NCBI GenBank assembly: GCA_030324005.1
Contig: JARDVH010000042.1
Location: 55,218,966 to 55,282,965, forward strand
Reading direction: 5' to 3'
DNA: 64,000 nt
DNA from: Negaprion brevirostris
Lineage: Eukaryota
Made by a program: the position numbers and the translations under genes. Below are positions 37,096-50,033 of this stretch, piece by piece. The notes beneath the pieces were generated by a model. That model was not told the origin of the DNA. It ran no database searches and saw nothing but the letters and a program-made list of their open reading frames with translations. Each line of letters starts with the position of its first letter. Position 1 is the first letter of the stretch.

Positions 37096-39174
37096 TCACC
37101 AAGTTTAAGTCTGTACTTCAAGTGATTGTAATTTTGTAAACTCACGTTCACAGTCTGAAGTTGCTACGTCAAAATAGTAAAGGTACCCCTTAAAGGTCAG
37201 AGTAAGTAACTCACCATTTAGAACTGAGAAGTGCTTTTTAGTGAAACTGGACATCAATAGAATCAGAAAGCATAGAAGGAGTGCATCCCTTCCTAAGTGA
37301 AAGAGGATATCACTGAAAAGTAACCTGGATCTTGCTTGAGCTTTGAGATCTGGCACTGCTAATTAAAAGACTATTTTGGTTCTTGACTGAGGTCAGTTCA
37401 GGTTTGTGCTAATTAGGGCATGACAGGGATGTAAATCATGGACGATTAAAACACATGAGTTTAGACTTCATGGTAAGAACATTTTATCCAAGTAGATAAT
37501 AAAACTTCGGCACAGAACAGGAAAGGCTGGGATCAGACAGAACTTTCTCTCACATGACCGTATACCAATCAGGTCATGAGGTAAACATGAATCAATGCAA
37601 AAAGGGCCAACATTTAAAACACAAACTTGCCTGTTCTCTCCATAGATGATGACTGACTTGATTCTGGGGGGATTTTTGTGTCAGGGTTGCAACATGTGCA
37701 GTTCTTCTTTTGTTTGTTTACTTGAGTGAAGAGGAAATTACAGACATGAACCCTTTGGGGTGATTTTAACTCTTGTCTGGTCTTTAACAGGTGGAGAGGG
37801 GAGTGGCAGGTGCAGGGAATTACAAAATTTGGAATCTTGTCATAACTTTTATTCCATCTAGGAGGTTTCTACTGAAGAAAAAGGGGTCGAGTAAACATTC
37901 AGATGGTGCAGCTGAGTAATGTCATTGACACTGCAATGTAATATTAATGTCACGTCTGGAGAGTCCTGTATTTAATGTAGCTCAGCAACAGAATAACAGA
38001 GTGAGGCCCAGACTGGCTAAAAGAAGCAAAGGTAAATTTTTATTTAGATTACTTCTGTTGGAACTCCTTGTAAGCCAGGAAATACAGGAGTCCTCCCTCC
38101 AGGGCCCTGTAAAGAGTCCTTGGGTCTCCCCATCTCCAACCACTCTTTGAATTCCCAACCCCTAGCTTCCCTCTAATCACCCTGGATTCCAGCCCCACCC
38201 CAGTCTGAGGTTGCCTTCAGACTGGCTGTTAGGAACTGCTCCCATAGGTCCCAGGTTGCAGTCTCTGCTGTCAAATTCCTGCTTCTGCTTCCGCCCTTCA
38301 GCTAGATACTAAATCTGAATGCTTGATGAGTGTGCTTCTGGGAACTTCTGTTTAAACAAGACCTTACATAGGGAGGGCTTCCTGTTCCCAGGGTTCTCTG
38401 GATGCGCCTCTCACTTTGGAGCTCAAACTAACTGTTTCTGTCCTTCTTTCAAAGTTGGGGCCACAGACACCTTCATCTTTTTAATGCAGCAGAGGGCAAG
38501 TTCAAAGAGCTAATCTAAGTCACCAGGTAGTGCACTGATTTGTAATAGTTACACATATATGAATGAAACCAGTGTACTCCTGTTAAGTGAAATTTTCCAA
38601 GTTGGGCAGAGATTGGTTCAGAAACTGGTCCTGGAGCAAAATTTGAAATAATTTTCTAGTTACTCCACTCTCTTTGATGCTGCTAGGACCTTCTCGGCAT
38701 TGGAGCGGCTCCACCATTGAGCTAAAAGCAGCTTGGAGACAGCTTCTTGATTGTCCCTGCGGTCCCTCCTCAGTCATAAACTTTCCTCTGAAAGAGTCTC
38801 CCCCACCACACTGATGGCCTTAAAGGATCGAGGCCTTTTGGATTTCACTCATTTTATGTAGGCTTCCTGGGAGCCTTTATTTTGAAGCATTCTCACACAC
38901 ACACCTACCTGCAGTGGCCACCTCAGCCAGTGGGCTGCCATTCCTCCAGTGCCAAGGGGCCTCCTATAGGGACTCCAACCTCAGGAACCTGACCACTATC
39001 CTTAATTGGAAGATGATCACAGGGGTGACTGTTAATTGCCCACCCACAGGTGGGTGGAATGCAAACACAATCAGGGCTGGGGCCCAGAATGCACAAGGAG
39101 TCTCTCAGACCAGATAATTCTGTCCTTGGTGTACTAACTATACTATTATATGGACAAACGCAGTAAGCCAGGAT

Positions 39175-39322
39175 GAGGACTCCCCACTCACCTGACGAAG
39201 GGGAAAAGCCCTGAAAGCTAGTGGTGTTTGCTACAAAATAAATCTATTGGATTTTAACTTTGTGTTGTGAGACTTCTTATTGTGTTTACCCCAATCCAAT
39301 GCCGGCATCTCCACATCATGAC
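39175..39322 (+). mobile_element. Penelope-like terminal repeat carrying a minimal hammerhead ribozyme core
   Basis: cac-CTGACGA-AGGG-gaaaag-CCCT-GAAA-GCT-A-gtg at 39189-39223, followed by aaataaatctattgga..gtgagacttcttattgtgtttacccc..ccacatcatg. Confidence 0.7.
39189..39223 (+). ncRNA. Candidate minimal type I hammerhead ribozyme
   Basis: CUGANGA and GAAA boxes intact; stem II AGGG/CCCU; palindromic AGCU helix III; UA cleavage dinucleotide; stem I CAC/GUG. Activity not shown. Confidence 0.55.
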
Positions 39323-39529
39323 TACCATAGGCCCAAACGGACTGTGGACAACAATGAACATGTTCTACTGGATTGCATAATATTTTGGGCATGTCAACAG
39401 GACAGTTTAGCACTTCAGAGAAGTTTGGAGGGTCAGAGTTGATTTTCCACTTTTGACAGACTTTCATTTGTTTAATGAATGGATTTGGCAAATTCAGAGT
39501 TAAATCATCAGCTGCTTTGCTATTGAGTT

Positions 39530-39902
39530 TTTTTATTCATGGGATGTGGGTGTTGCTGGCTGGGCCAAAATTTGTTGCTCATCACCAATTGCCCTTAAAC
39601 TGAATGGCTTGCTAAACGATTTCAAAGAACATTTTAGAATCAACCACTCAGGAGGTCACATGTTGCTCAGGAGTCACATGTTAGCCAGACCAGGTAAGGA
39701 CAGAAAATTTCATTCCCTAAAGGACATTAGTGAACCAAATGGGCTTTTACAACTGACAATGGGTTCATGGTCATCATTAAACTTTTAGTTCCAGATTTTT
39801 ATTGAATTCAAATTTCACCACCTGTCATGGTGGGATTTGAACCGACTCCCCACGGCATTGCCATGGGTCTCTGGATTACTAGTCCTGTGACAATACCACT
39901 AT
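39530..39902 (-). mobile_element. tRNA-headed SINE of a third family (tail shared with the LINE at 34855 and 47945)
   Basis: gggatgtgggtgttgctggctgggccaaaatttgttgctcatcaccaattgccctt ... ggtgggatttgaacc..ctctggattactagtcc. Confidence 0.7.
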
Positions 39903-42080
39903 ACATTTGATCTCAGAGTGAGAAAGGCAGGCTGCATAAGTTAAACTCCTGCTAACTGCAGGACGATAGGGACAAACACAGTGACCGAATTATTCCATGT
40001 TGCACATTAAAGAAAAAACACAGCTTAGACTATTGGGAGGGAATCACTGGCCTGCGCATTATTCCAAAGACTTACTTTGGTGCCCTCAGTGCTAATCCTT
40101 TATTTTTAATCCTTAACTGGACCTTAACCAGACTAATGTGTACAGTATGTTGCATATCCTGTAATTCGCTTATGGACGGACATTGCTGAATCAGCTGATG
40201 GATTTATATTAAATTAGAACATGAGACAAAATCCATTTATGAGCAAGACAAAGCATACATGCCTACAATAACAAAAGGCAGAATCTAATCACCGTCAGAG
40301 ACACAAGCACAAATTGCTGCTACTTTAATTCAGGCCATTCGTTCAGTTTGAACTTTACACAATTTACAATTGTATCATTGTTTAGAAAGAATATTTAATT
40401 TGCTTCTGTTATGTTTGAGGAAAGTGTGGTTAACAAGATGCAAATCTCTGCATTATTACATCGTAGTGGCAAAGTCACTAATTTCATTTACTGCCTTGCT
40501 GCCTCCTCCCCCCCGCCACCACTTCCCACCTCTAGCCATTCTTCCTGTCCTTTCCTCTCTGAAGCTAGTTACTATTCCATTTATCCTGATCCTTTCTGTC
40601 AGTGCCAGTCTGAGCACTAATGGCAGGGATTGGAGTCAGCAACTCTCACAGGAATACTTGATTTGGGAGAATTTACAGAATCATGGACCATAGTACAATT
40701 CTACTTTTCAATTCAAAAGTAATTTCTCAACAATGATCAATAAATATTTCAAATTTGATAAAATTAGTTGTAGGAATACAGTAGACCTTTACAGCATTGA
40801 ATTCCTTTCATTCTCCTTTAACACACATCTCAACCAGAACCTCACTCTGCATTCACAAGTTAAAATTGGTTCACTATTTTGTTCATTACTGCTTTATTTT
40901 TATTTCAATAACCAATTTTTAGTTTTGAGTAAGGATTTTTCAAAAGGGATTGAAGTGAAGCAATGTATTTCTCTCTTTTCAATGTTAGTTAATCTCCTGT
41001 ATATGTTAAATACTTCCTCCTTTTAAAATTTTCTAACCTATATAACCTAAATGGAGGTATAAATATGGTTAACCTCTTGGTCAGTTATCAAAGAGAGGAA
41101 TAGCCAATGAACACGTTAACCTATATTGTTCTTAGTTTTTATATAAAGAACCAGATAATAAACATTACACACTGCAATCCTGCAAATCAAAGCAAAAAGT
41201 GTGTGGAAACATGTTTTCCAGGAAGACACAAGAGTCGAGATTCTCTGTCCTTGGTTGGGTTTGACTGTTTGTCTCTATCTAGGCTTTGTAATCTATTATA
41301 CATTTGGTGATAATTAATCTTACTCCTCGCACTTTCAGTTAGACAAGTGCACGTTTTCCCCAAGGTTTCTATACCAGTGAAAAATGATTTCTACAAGTAC
41401 ATAAACAAACTGTAAGCAGATTGAATAACCAGAGACATAACCAGGCATAGCATTCAATACGCTTATGATTCAAATCATACATCAGAAAATGACACTGCAA
41501 CACAATAGAAAGTATCCAAGTGTCATAATGTTTTTGATTTCACCAAAACTCATTACTAACTGAAGCATGCTCACTATCTTATTTCAAAACCACAATTCTG
41601 CAGTGATAGAAATCCATTAAATAAAAGTAGTTAACACATTAAACCAAGAAACATCGTCATTACTTCAAAAACAATAGCTTCTCAATATTCTTTCCATTAA
41701 AACATTTTTCCTGGATTTTAATTGACTTAATTCTGATTTAAGATTATTTTTCCTTGCGTTGTAAGGGGAAGTATGTTAGTGACAATCACGTTTGAATCAA
41801 TGGATGATGATCATGTGACAGGCCCACCCCCATTGTGTGTGTTAAGCTTCAGTTTTCTCTGCAGTAAGAGGACAAGCAGCTGAGAACCTGAGAAAGGAGG
41901 TCTGAGTGAGATCCCTTCTTCCTCCCTCTCTCTCCAACCTACCTTGCAAGCTTTGAACTCTGCTGACCGTGACCAACCAGAAACTTTTCAGCAAATGCAG
42001 AGCGATCTTGCAATCAGTTTAAACAATTCAAATCAAGTTTTGTACACTTTCCTTACTTGCTGTTCACATGGCATGGTGGC

Positions 42081-42383
42081 AGGAGCGGCACAATGGTTAG
42101 TACTGCTGCCTCACAGCACCAGGGATCAGGGTTCGATTCCCAGCGTGGGTCACTGTATGTGTGGAGTTTGCACATTTTGCCCATGTCTGTATGGGTTTCC
42201 TCCGGGTGCTCCGGTTTCCTCCCACAGTCCAAAAGACGTGCTCATTAGGTGCATTGGCCATGCTAAACTCTCCCTCAGTGTACTCGAATAGGCACAGTAG
42301 TGTGGCAATTAGGGGATTTTCACAGTAACTTCATTGCAGTATTAATGTAAGCCTACTTGTGACGCTAATAAATAAACTTAAAA
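42081..42383 (+). mobile_element. HE1-type SINE head with alternative tail
   Basis: ggcacaatggttagtactgctgcctcacagcaccagggatcagggttcgattccc ... ggggattttcacagtaacttcattgcagtattaatgtaagcctacttgtgacgctaataaataaactt. Confidence 0.88.
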
Positions 42384-42879
42384 ACTATCACTATTCACAC
42401 CTCCGGTCAATAAGCATGATTACTGAGGACCCCTGATTCCTAACTGCCTCTGTGAAAATAGTGCGGGTGATTTAAATCAGGACTTTTGCCGTGGCCTTGA
42501 ATTCACTGAAGTACTAATCAGCTGTTGGTTTGGTTGCCACTCACATGTTTTTCTGCACTGTACAAAATGGGAGATCATGATAACGAAGGTGAGATTTCCA
42601 TGCTGCTTGTCAACCATTTTCTTTGCTGTTCCTCCAACCTCCCATCCCATTTCAGGGTGGAAATATTCCGGCCAACTATTTCTGCTTCAATTGTAGATTG
42701 CTTTCGTATTCATGATTGGAATGCTTTCCATTTTGTGAAAGATAGGCATTCAGTCTGCCTTTGCCAAACCATTCAATAGTCTGCATGTTACTTGCTTAAA
42801 GGTATGTCCATACAGAGAACTAAAAAGCAGCCACAATCGTGAATTGAGGAATTAGATTAGAACAAAACCAACAAGTACA

Positions 42880-45562
42880 CAGCATGGCCTCCATTTCAGA
42901 ATCTCCTGACGAATGCAAATGGGTAGCTTTGTAAATAGAGGATAAGATCAGCAAGAAATGATCTTGACCTGGAAGTTCAAGGAGTAGAACCAGTTTGGGC
43001 AGAGATCAGAAACAATAAGGGAAAGAAGTCACTGGTAGGAGTACCTTATAGACTGTCTAACAGTAACTGCACTGTATGACAGTGAATAAATCAAGAAATA
43101 ATGGGAGATTGTATGAAATGTACTGAGAAAATCATGGGTGACTTTAATCTTCATTGGCAAAGGCAGTTTTGAGAACAAGTTAATTGTGCATATTTAGAAC
43201 AGTTTTTAAAACAATATATTGTTGAACCAACCAGGCTATCTTAGATTGGCCATTGTGTAATGAGATAGGATTAATTAATGATTTCATCATAAAAGGATCC
43301 TCCAGGGAAGTGTGATCATATCATATTAGAATTTCACGTTCTGTTTGAAAGTGTGAAATTTGGATTCAAAACACACGTCTTAAATTTAAATAAAGACAAT
43401 TACAGAGGATAGCTAAAGTGGACTTGGGAAATTAATTAAGTCAGTAGTTAATTATAGACCTTTAAGGAGACATTTATAACTCTCAACAAGGATATATNNN
43501 NNNNNNNNNNNNNNNNNNNNNNNNNNNNNNNNNNNNNNNNNNNNNNNNNNNNNNNNNNNNNNNNNNNNNNNNNNNNNNNNNNNNNNNNNNNNNNNNNCAT
43601 TTATAACTCTCAACAAGGATATATTCCATGAAAAAGAAAGACTCTCTGAGAAGAACGAAATGTGTGTGGCTAGTAAAGAAAGATAAAAATAGTATCAAAA
43701 TGAGAGGCATACTATGTTGCAAAGATCAGTGGTCGGTCAAAAGATTGGAAAGAAATTAGAAATCAGCAAAGGATGACGAAGCAAAATCGAGGGAGAAAAC
43801 AGCGTATGAGAAGGAACTAGTAAATATATAAGAACAAACAATAAGAAGCCCTACCAATATATAACACTGAAGCGAGTAGCTATGATTAATCCTTTAAAGG
43901 ATAAGACTCGGAAATTAATAATGGAAAACAAGGAAATGGCAGAGACTTTGAGCAAATATTTTGCATCTATCTAAATGGTAGGAGACACTAAAAGCATTCT
44001 AATAGCAGAAAAACAGGAAGCAAAAAGCAGGAATGAATTTAAAATAATCATAGTCACTAGAAAGAAAGCATCAAGATAAACCAATGGGAGTAAGGGCTGA
44101 CAAATCCACTGGACTTGATGACTTACATCCTGGGGTCTTACAATAAGCGATTTCAGAAATAATGGATGCCTTAAATGTTATCTTCCAAAATTCCACAGAG
44201 GATTGAAAAACCACAAATATATCACCTCCATTCAAGAAAGAAACATGACAGAAAGTAGGAAATTTCAGCCCAGTTAGCCTAACATCCCACAGAATCAGAG
44301 AATTGGTGCTGTTGTGGGAGAGAGGGAACTCTGCAGAGTGGTAGCGATCAGGGAGGGAGGGAATTCTGCAGGAGGGGCAATTAGCAGGGGGGGGAGGTCC
44401 TGATGTCTATGGAGGGGAAGGAGGGTAAGGCAATCTCACTCGTGGCACGGTGGGTGGTTGATCCAAATCACTGCCTGCCTCTGGGTAACACCCCCAGCAT
44501 TGGGATTATGGTGGGCACCCATCCCAATTTATCTTTCCCCTATTTTACCAACCCAAAACACACCATCACACCCACATCTGTTCCAACCTCCCTAATTTCA
44601 GGCCAAAGTGACTGAACAGGGAAGTGAGAAAATGTAAATTTATCCTCTTTGGGAGGAGAATAGAAAAGCAAAATATTATTTAAATTCAGGGAGGTTACTA
44701 GAATGATGCAACACGGTGGGTTCTGTGTGTCCTTGTACATGAAACACAAATGTGAGCATGCAGGTTCAATTAATAATTAGAAGGGCAAATGGAATGTTGG
44801 CCTTCTTTACAATGGGGGTGGATTATGAAAGTACAGAAGTCTTGCTACAACTGTACATGGTACTGCTGAGACCACACCAAGAACACAGTGTACAGTTCTG
44901 GTCTCCTTATGTAATGAGGGATATATTTGTACTGGAGGCAGTTCAGGAAAGGTTCATCAGGCTGAGTCCTGGCATGAAGGGGCTGTTTTCTGAGGAAAGG
45001 TTGAGCAAGGTGTATACTTCCTTGGAGTTTAGAAGAATGTGAAGTGATCTTATGGAAACATTTAAGATTCTGGGGGGCTTAACAGTTTGAAGTTTTGAAG
45101 TTTGAAGTTTATTAGTGTCACAAGTAGGTTTACATTAACACTGCAATGAAGTTACTGTTAAAATCTCCTTGTCACCACACTCCAGCAACTGTTCGGGAAC
45201 ACTGAGGGAGAACTTAGCATGGCCAATGCACCTAACCAGGGTCGATATTGAGAAGACGCTCCATCTCAAGGCAGAATCTAGAATTAAGGGATAGAGTCCC
45301 AGATTAAGGAGTCACTCATTTAAAGCAAAAATGAGGAGGAACTTTGAGGTTTCTGAATGTTTGGAATTCTTTACCCCAGAGAACAATGGAGGATGGGTCA
45401 CTGAATATATTTAAAGACAAGATGGACGGATTTTTGAAATATTGAGTTGGAGGGAGGAAAGCAGAGTTAAGGCCGAGATCAGATCAGCCATGATCTTATT
45501 GAATGGTGCATGAGGCTTGACAGGTTGAATGGTCTACACCTGCTCCTATTTGTGTTCTTATG
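42880..45562 (+). mobile_element. Decayed CR1 LINE (endonuclease to 3' UTR) with internal deletion and nested insertions (about 44290-44620 and a reverse SINE tail at about 45085-45240)
   Basis: Encodes VWAEIRNNKGKKSLVGV, IMGDFNLH, AETLSKYFASI, GLDDLHP, GNFSPVSLTS, RRANGMLAF..VQFWSPY..LEAVQERFIRL; CR1 3' UTR at 45480-45562. Confidence 0.8.
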
Positions 45563-45569
45563 CTCCAAC

Positions 45570-45925
45570 TCATGGACTAGTGATCCAGAGGCCCAGGCTA
45601 GTGCTGTGGAGACTTGGGTTCAAATCCCACCTTAGCAGCTGGTAGAAATTCAATTCAGTTGATAAATCTGGAATATTTAGCTAGTCACAGTAATCATGAC
45701 TATGTCAACTATCATTGATTGTTGTAAAACCTTTGTGGTTCACTTCCTTTCATGATGGAAATCTTACCTGCCTGGCCTGATCCTGGAGACTCTGGATCCA
45801 TTGCAATGTGGTTGACTCTTACCTACTCTCTGAAATAGCTGAGCAAACCATTCAATTCAAGGGCAATTAGTGATAGGCAACATGCACTGGTCTTGCCAGT
45901 GATACCTACATCCATGAAAGAATAA
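45570..45925 (+). mobile_element. tRNA-headed SINE of the third family
   Basis: tggactagtgatccagaggcccaggct..gggttcaaatcccacc (B-box) ... caagggcaattagtgataggcaacatgcactggtcttgccagtgatacctacatccatgaaagaat. Confidence 0.7.
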
Positions 45926-46542
45926 AGGGGGGAACAAACTCCAACTGTTCCTGTATTATTGCCATTACTTTCTCTCCTTTCATTTGTGGTAAATAACTTG
46001 CTCCTATACACTACTGACCAAGCAAGTGCCTCACTGCCATCATCCTGGAAGAAGAATTTTAACCCCCAAATATGTTTAAATAGTAATACCAAAGTGGTAT
46101 TTTTAAAATCTCATTTATAATTTTAATACAAAATTGTCCAGGACGGTCTTTGACACAGAATGCAGATTATTGTGCTTAAGTGCAAGTTAGTTCTAAAAAA
46201 GATTGTAAACTGTATTAGACTGAGACAATGCAAAGAACATGCAAATGTTCTGGATCTTTGTTTGCATACGTGTTCACAGATCAGGTTACAATTTTGGGTA
46301 GGTGCCAAGAGTACAGTATTTGTAAGAATGTGAACTTCAGTGTGCCTGAAATTTAAACACATGCAGAATATTCCATAGTATGACAGTATGATTGTATGTC
46401 AGGATGGTGTTTATGCTGCAAATGCCTCCTCCTATCCTTCTAACCCACCAACATATTCTTCTTGTCTTTTCTACATGTGTTTCTATGTTATTTGCCTCAA
46501 CTACTCCCTGTTATAGTGAGTTGCACGTTCTAACTATTCCCT

Positions 46543-47705
46543 AGAACAAAGAACAGTATAGCAGGCCCTTTGGCCCTCCAAGCCTGAGCCAATCATGATG
46601 CCTGCCTAAACTGAAACCGTATGCACTTAGAGTCTGTATTCTCCACTCCCATCCTATTCATGTATTCGTCTAGTTGCCCCTTACATGCTGTTATTGTACC
46701 TGCTCCCACCACGTCCCTGGGCAACGCGTTCCAGACATTCACCACCCTCTGTGTAAAAAAACGTGCCTCACACATCTTCTCTAAACTTATCTGTGATGCA
46801 CTAAACTGTGCATCTTAAACCTATGTCCCCTCATACTTGACTTTTCTACTCTAGGAAAGAGCATCTGACTATCCACTCTGTCCATATTATTCGTAATCTT
46901 GTAGATCCCTATCAGGTCATCCTTCAACCTCCATCGTTCAGTGAGAACAAACCCAGTTTATCCAGCCTCTCCTCATACCTAATATCATCCAGACCAGGCA
47001 ACATCCTGGTAAACCTCTTCTGTTCCCTCTCCAAAGCATCCACATCCTCCTGGAAGTGTGGCAACTTGAATTGTACACAATATTCCAAATGAAGCCTAAC
47101 TAAGGTTCTGTGCAGCTGCTGCACGACCTGCCAATTTTTATACTCAATGCCCAGGCCTGTAAAGGCAAGCATGCTGTATACTCTCTTGACTACCTTATCC
47201 ACCTGCGTGGCCAGTTTCAGTGATCGGTGGACATGTACGCACAGATCTCTTTGCCTGTCAATATCCAAAGGCTTCTATCATTTACTGTATAAGTCTTACA
47301 TGCAATGGACTTTCCAAAATGCATTATCTCGCACTTGTCCGGGTTAAACTCTATCCGCCATTTCTCTTCCCAAGTCTCCCACCAGTGTATATCTTACTGT
47401 ATCTTCTGACAATCCTCTTCACTATCTGCAACGCCACCAATTTTTGTGTCATCTGTGAACTTACTAATCAGACTAGCTACATTTACATTTATATATACTT
47501 CGAACAAGAAAGGTCCCAGAACTAATCCCGATGGAACACTACTGGTCGCAGCTTTCCATTCAGAAAAGCACCCCTCTACTCCCACCCTATGTCTTCTGTA
47601 GCCAAGCCTGTTCTGTATCCACCTTGCCAGCTCTCCTCTGACCCCATGTGACTTCACCTTCGTACTAGTCTACCATGAGGTACCTTGTCAAAGGCTTTAC
47701 TGAAA
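46543..47705 (-). mobile_element. CR1 LINE 3' portion (RT domain to tail)
   Basis: Encodes FSKAFDKVPHGRL, HGVRGELARWIQNRL, SVPSGLVLGPFLF, SKFTDDTKIGG, HLEYCVQF, FFTQRVVNVWNALP. Confidence 0.9.
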
Positions 47706-47944
47706 GTGAAGAGGTTTCTCCTCAACTCCCAATTATATTTATTGGTGAAGGTCTTGTATTTTTGGCTGCTCATTCTGGTTGTCCCTGAAAAAGAAAACAT
47801 CAAGGAACAAGTTTGAACCTATTCCTGGAGGCTTTGTCACATGNNNNNNNNNNNNNNNNNNNNNNNNNNNNNNNNNNNNNNNNNNNNNNNNNNNNNNNNN
47901 NNNNNNNNNNNNNNNNNNNNNNNNNNNNNNNNNNNNNNNNNNNN

Positions 47945-48720
47945 ATGGGATATGAGCATCACATCAGCATTTGTTGTCCTTGCCTAGTTGCCTTTGACAA
48001 GGTTTGGGTGAATTACTTTCTTGAATGCTGCTGACAATGTAGTGTCAGTATACCCACAGTGCTTTCAGAAGGAAGTTCCAGGATTTTGGCACAGTGACAA
48101 CGAAGGAACAGTAATTTAGTTCCAGGTCACGATGGTTTGTGAATTGAAAGATAACTTGCAGGTGAGCCTGCTGTCCTTGTCTGTCTAGGTGGTAGTGTGC
48201 ATAAGTTTGGAAAGTGCTGTTGAAGGTGACTTAGTGAGTTACTGCTATGTATCATGTAAATGATACACTGCTAACACTGGGCATTGATGGTGGAGGGAAT
48301 GAATTTTGAATTGGCATGGGGTGCCAAGCAAGTGGACTATTCTGTCCTGGGTGGTGTCAAGCTTCTTGAATGTTGTTGGAGCTGCTCTCATCCATGTAAA
48401 TGGAAAGATTTCCATCACACTCCTGACTTGTGCCTTATAGATGCTGGACCAAGTCTGGTGAGTCAGGAAATGAATTGCTTTCCCCAGAATTCCCAGCCTC
48501 TGACATGCTCTTGGAGCCACAGAATTTATATGGCTTTCCCAAATCAGTTTCTGGTCCAGGGTAACCCGCAGATATGGCAGTGGAGGATTCAATGCTGATT
48601 ATATCATTGAACATCAAGAGACGATGTTTAAAATCTTTCTTATTGGGGTTGCCATTGCTAGCATTTTGTGGCATGGATATTGTCTCCAAGCCACACATCA
48701 TCCTGACTTTGAACTATATC
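47945..48720 (-). mobile_element. Decayed CR1-group LINE of the second family, 3' portion
   Basis: Encodes LRVTLDQKLIWESHINSVAPRACQRLGIL..YKAQVRSVMEIFPFTWMRAAPTTFKKLDTTQD. Confidence 0.75.
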
Positions 48721-49231
48721 GTCATTCCTTCACTGAGACCACAGAGGCCTCCTCCATTTTGAGATGCCCTCACATTCTCAGACATGCCTCAGCAATCTCA
48801 CATCACCCTGGAATGTCTTCTTTCAAATTCAGGCCTTGTCACTGGGAACATGTGTAGATCATTGTAGATGCACACACACTGTCAGGTAAGCACAGAGAAT
48901 GGATCAATTTTATTGCCTTGCCCATTGGGATTGCAGTAACAATCCAAGATTCAGGGCACTGAATTTACCACATCGCTCCTACTCTTATTCCATCCACCAT
49001 CATTTTCAACCAATTCTGAGAAAGGGCATTCTGCATCATACATGTATGAGACAGGTGCATTATTAAGTCATGTAAATCAAACTTCGACAGCGTATATCCC
49101 AATATAATATTTAGGTTTCAATGGACAAAGGAACCACAGTAAGCCACTTTGGAAACTGCCTAGATACATTTCCAGAGTAACGTCTGTATGTACATGAGAA
49201 GTATGCGTCTTCTTCTAGGCTGCAGATATTG

Positions 49232-49725
49232 GACACAGTGGTAATGTTAAAGGCACTGTAATCCAATGGTCTGGAATAATGGTCCAGACATATGGGCCAT
49301 TATTTTACAACCTCACTTGGGCGAGGCTCGTAAAATCCGTCCAAGGCCAATGGGAAATTCCGTTTTGTAAGCCGTGCCTGCCCCGATTCCAGCGGCGGGC
49401 ATGGCAGTAAAATTCCAGCTATGATCTTAAATCCCACCACAGTAGCTGAGGGAATTTAAACTCAATTAATAAATCTGGAATACAATGGCAGCCTATTCGT
49501 AATGATCATGAAACTCCTGGATTGTCAAAGAAACCAGTTGATTCACAAGTGTTCATCAGGTGAAGAAATCTGCTACCGTCAACCATTCTGGCTTAGGTGT
49601 GACTCCAAACCAACAGATTGACTGTTAACTACCCTCTGACAGGCACTCAGTTCAGGGGCAATTAATGATGGGCAATAGATATTGTGTTGCCTGTGATAAT
49701 CACATTCCAAAAATAAATAATAATA
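49232..49725 (+). mobile_element. Third-family SINE with a nested MITE of about 125 bp (49293-49420)
   Basis: cagtggtaatg..atccaatggtctgg | gggccattattttac...gtaaaattccagct | aaatcccaccacagtagctg..ttcaggggcaattaatgatgggcaatag. Confidence 0.6.
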
Positions 49726-49841
49726 AAAATAAACTTCTAACCCCACTGCCGGCCTTTTACTGCTCCTCCACCATAGAATTACCTTTACCTTTTGTCAGTT
49801 ACTTCGAAATCTGATCTAGAGATTTTTCATGTTTCCATGTC

Positions 49842-50033
49842 ACCCTCCTCATGATGCGGAGGTGCCGGCATTGGACTGGGGTAATCACAATAAGAAGTCT
49901 CTTACTTAATGACAGTAAGTCACCTGACGAAAGGGCAGCGCTTCGAAAGCTAGTGGCTTGTGCTACCAAATAAACCTGTTGGACTTTAACCTGGTGTTGT
50001 GAGACTACTCATTGTGTTTACCCTCCTCATGAT
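49842..50033 (+). mobile_element. Short non-autonomous Penelope-like insertion with inverted 5' piece, hammerhead core and 14-bp flanking direct repeat
   Basis: accctcctcatgat at 49842-49855 and 50020-50033; hammerhead-like aagtcac-CTGACGA-aagggcagcgcttc-GAAA-GCT-A-gtggctt at 49917-49959. Confidence 0.7.
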
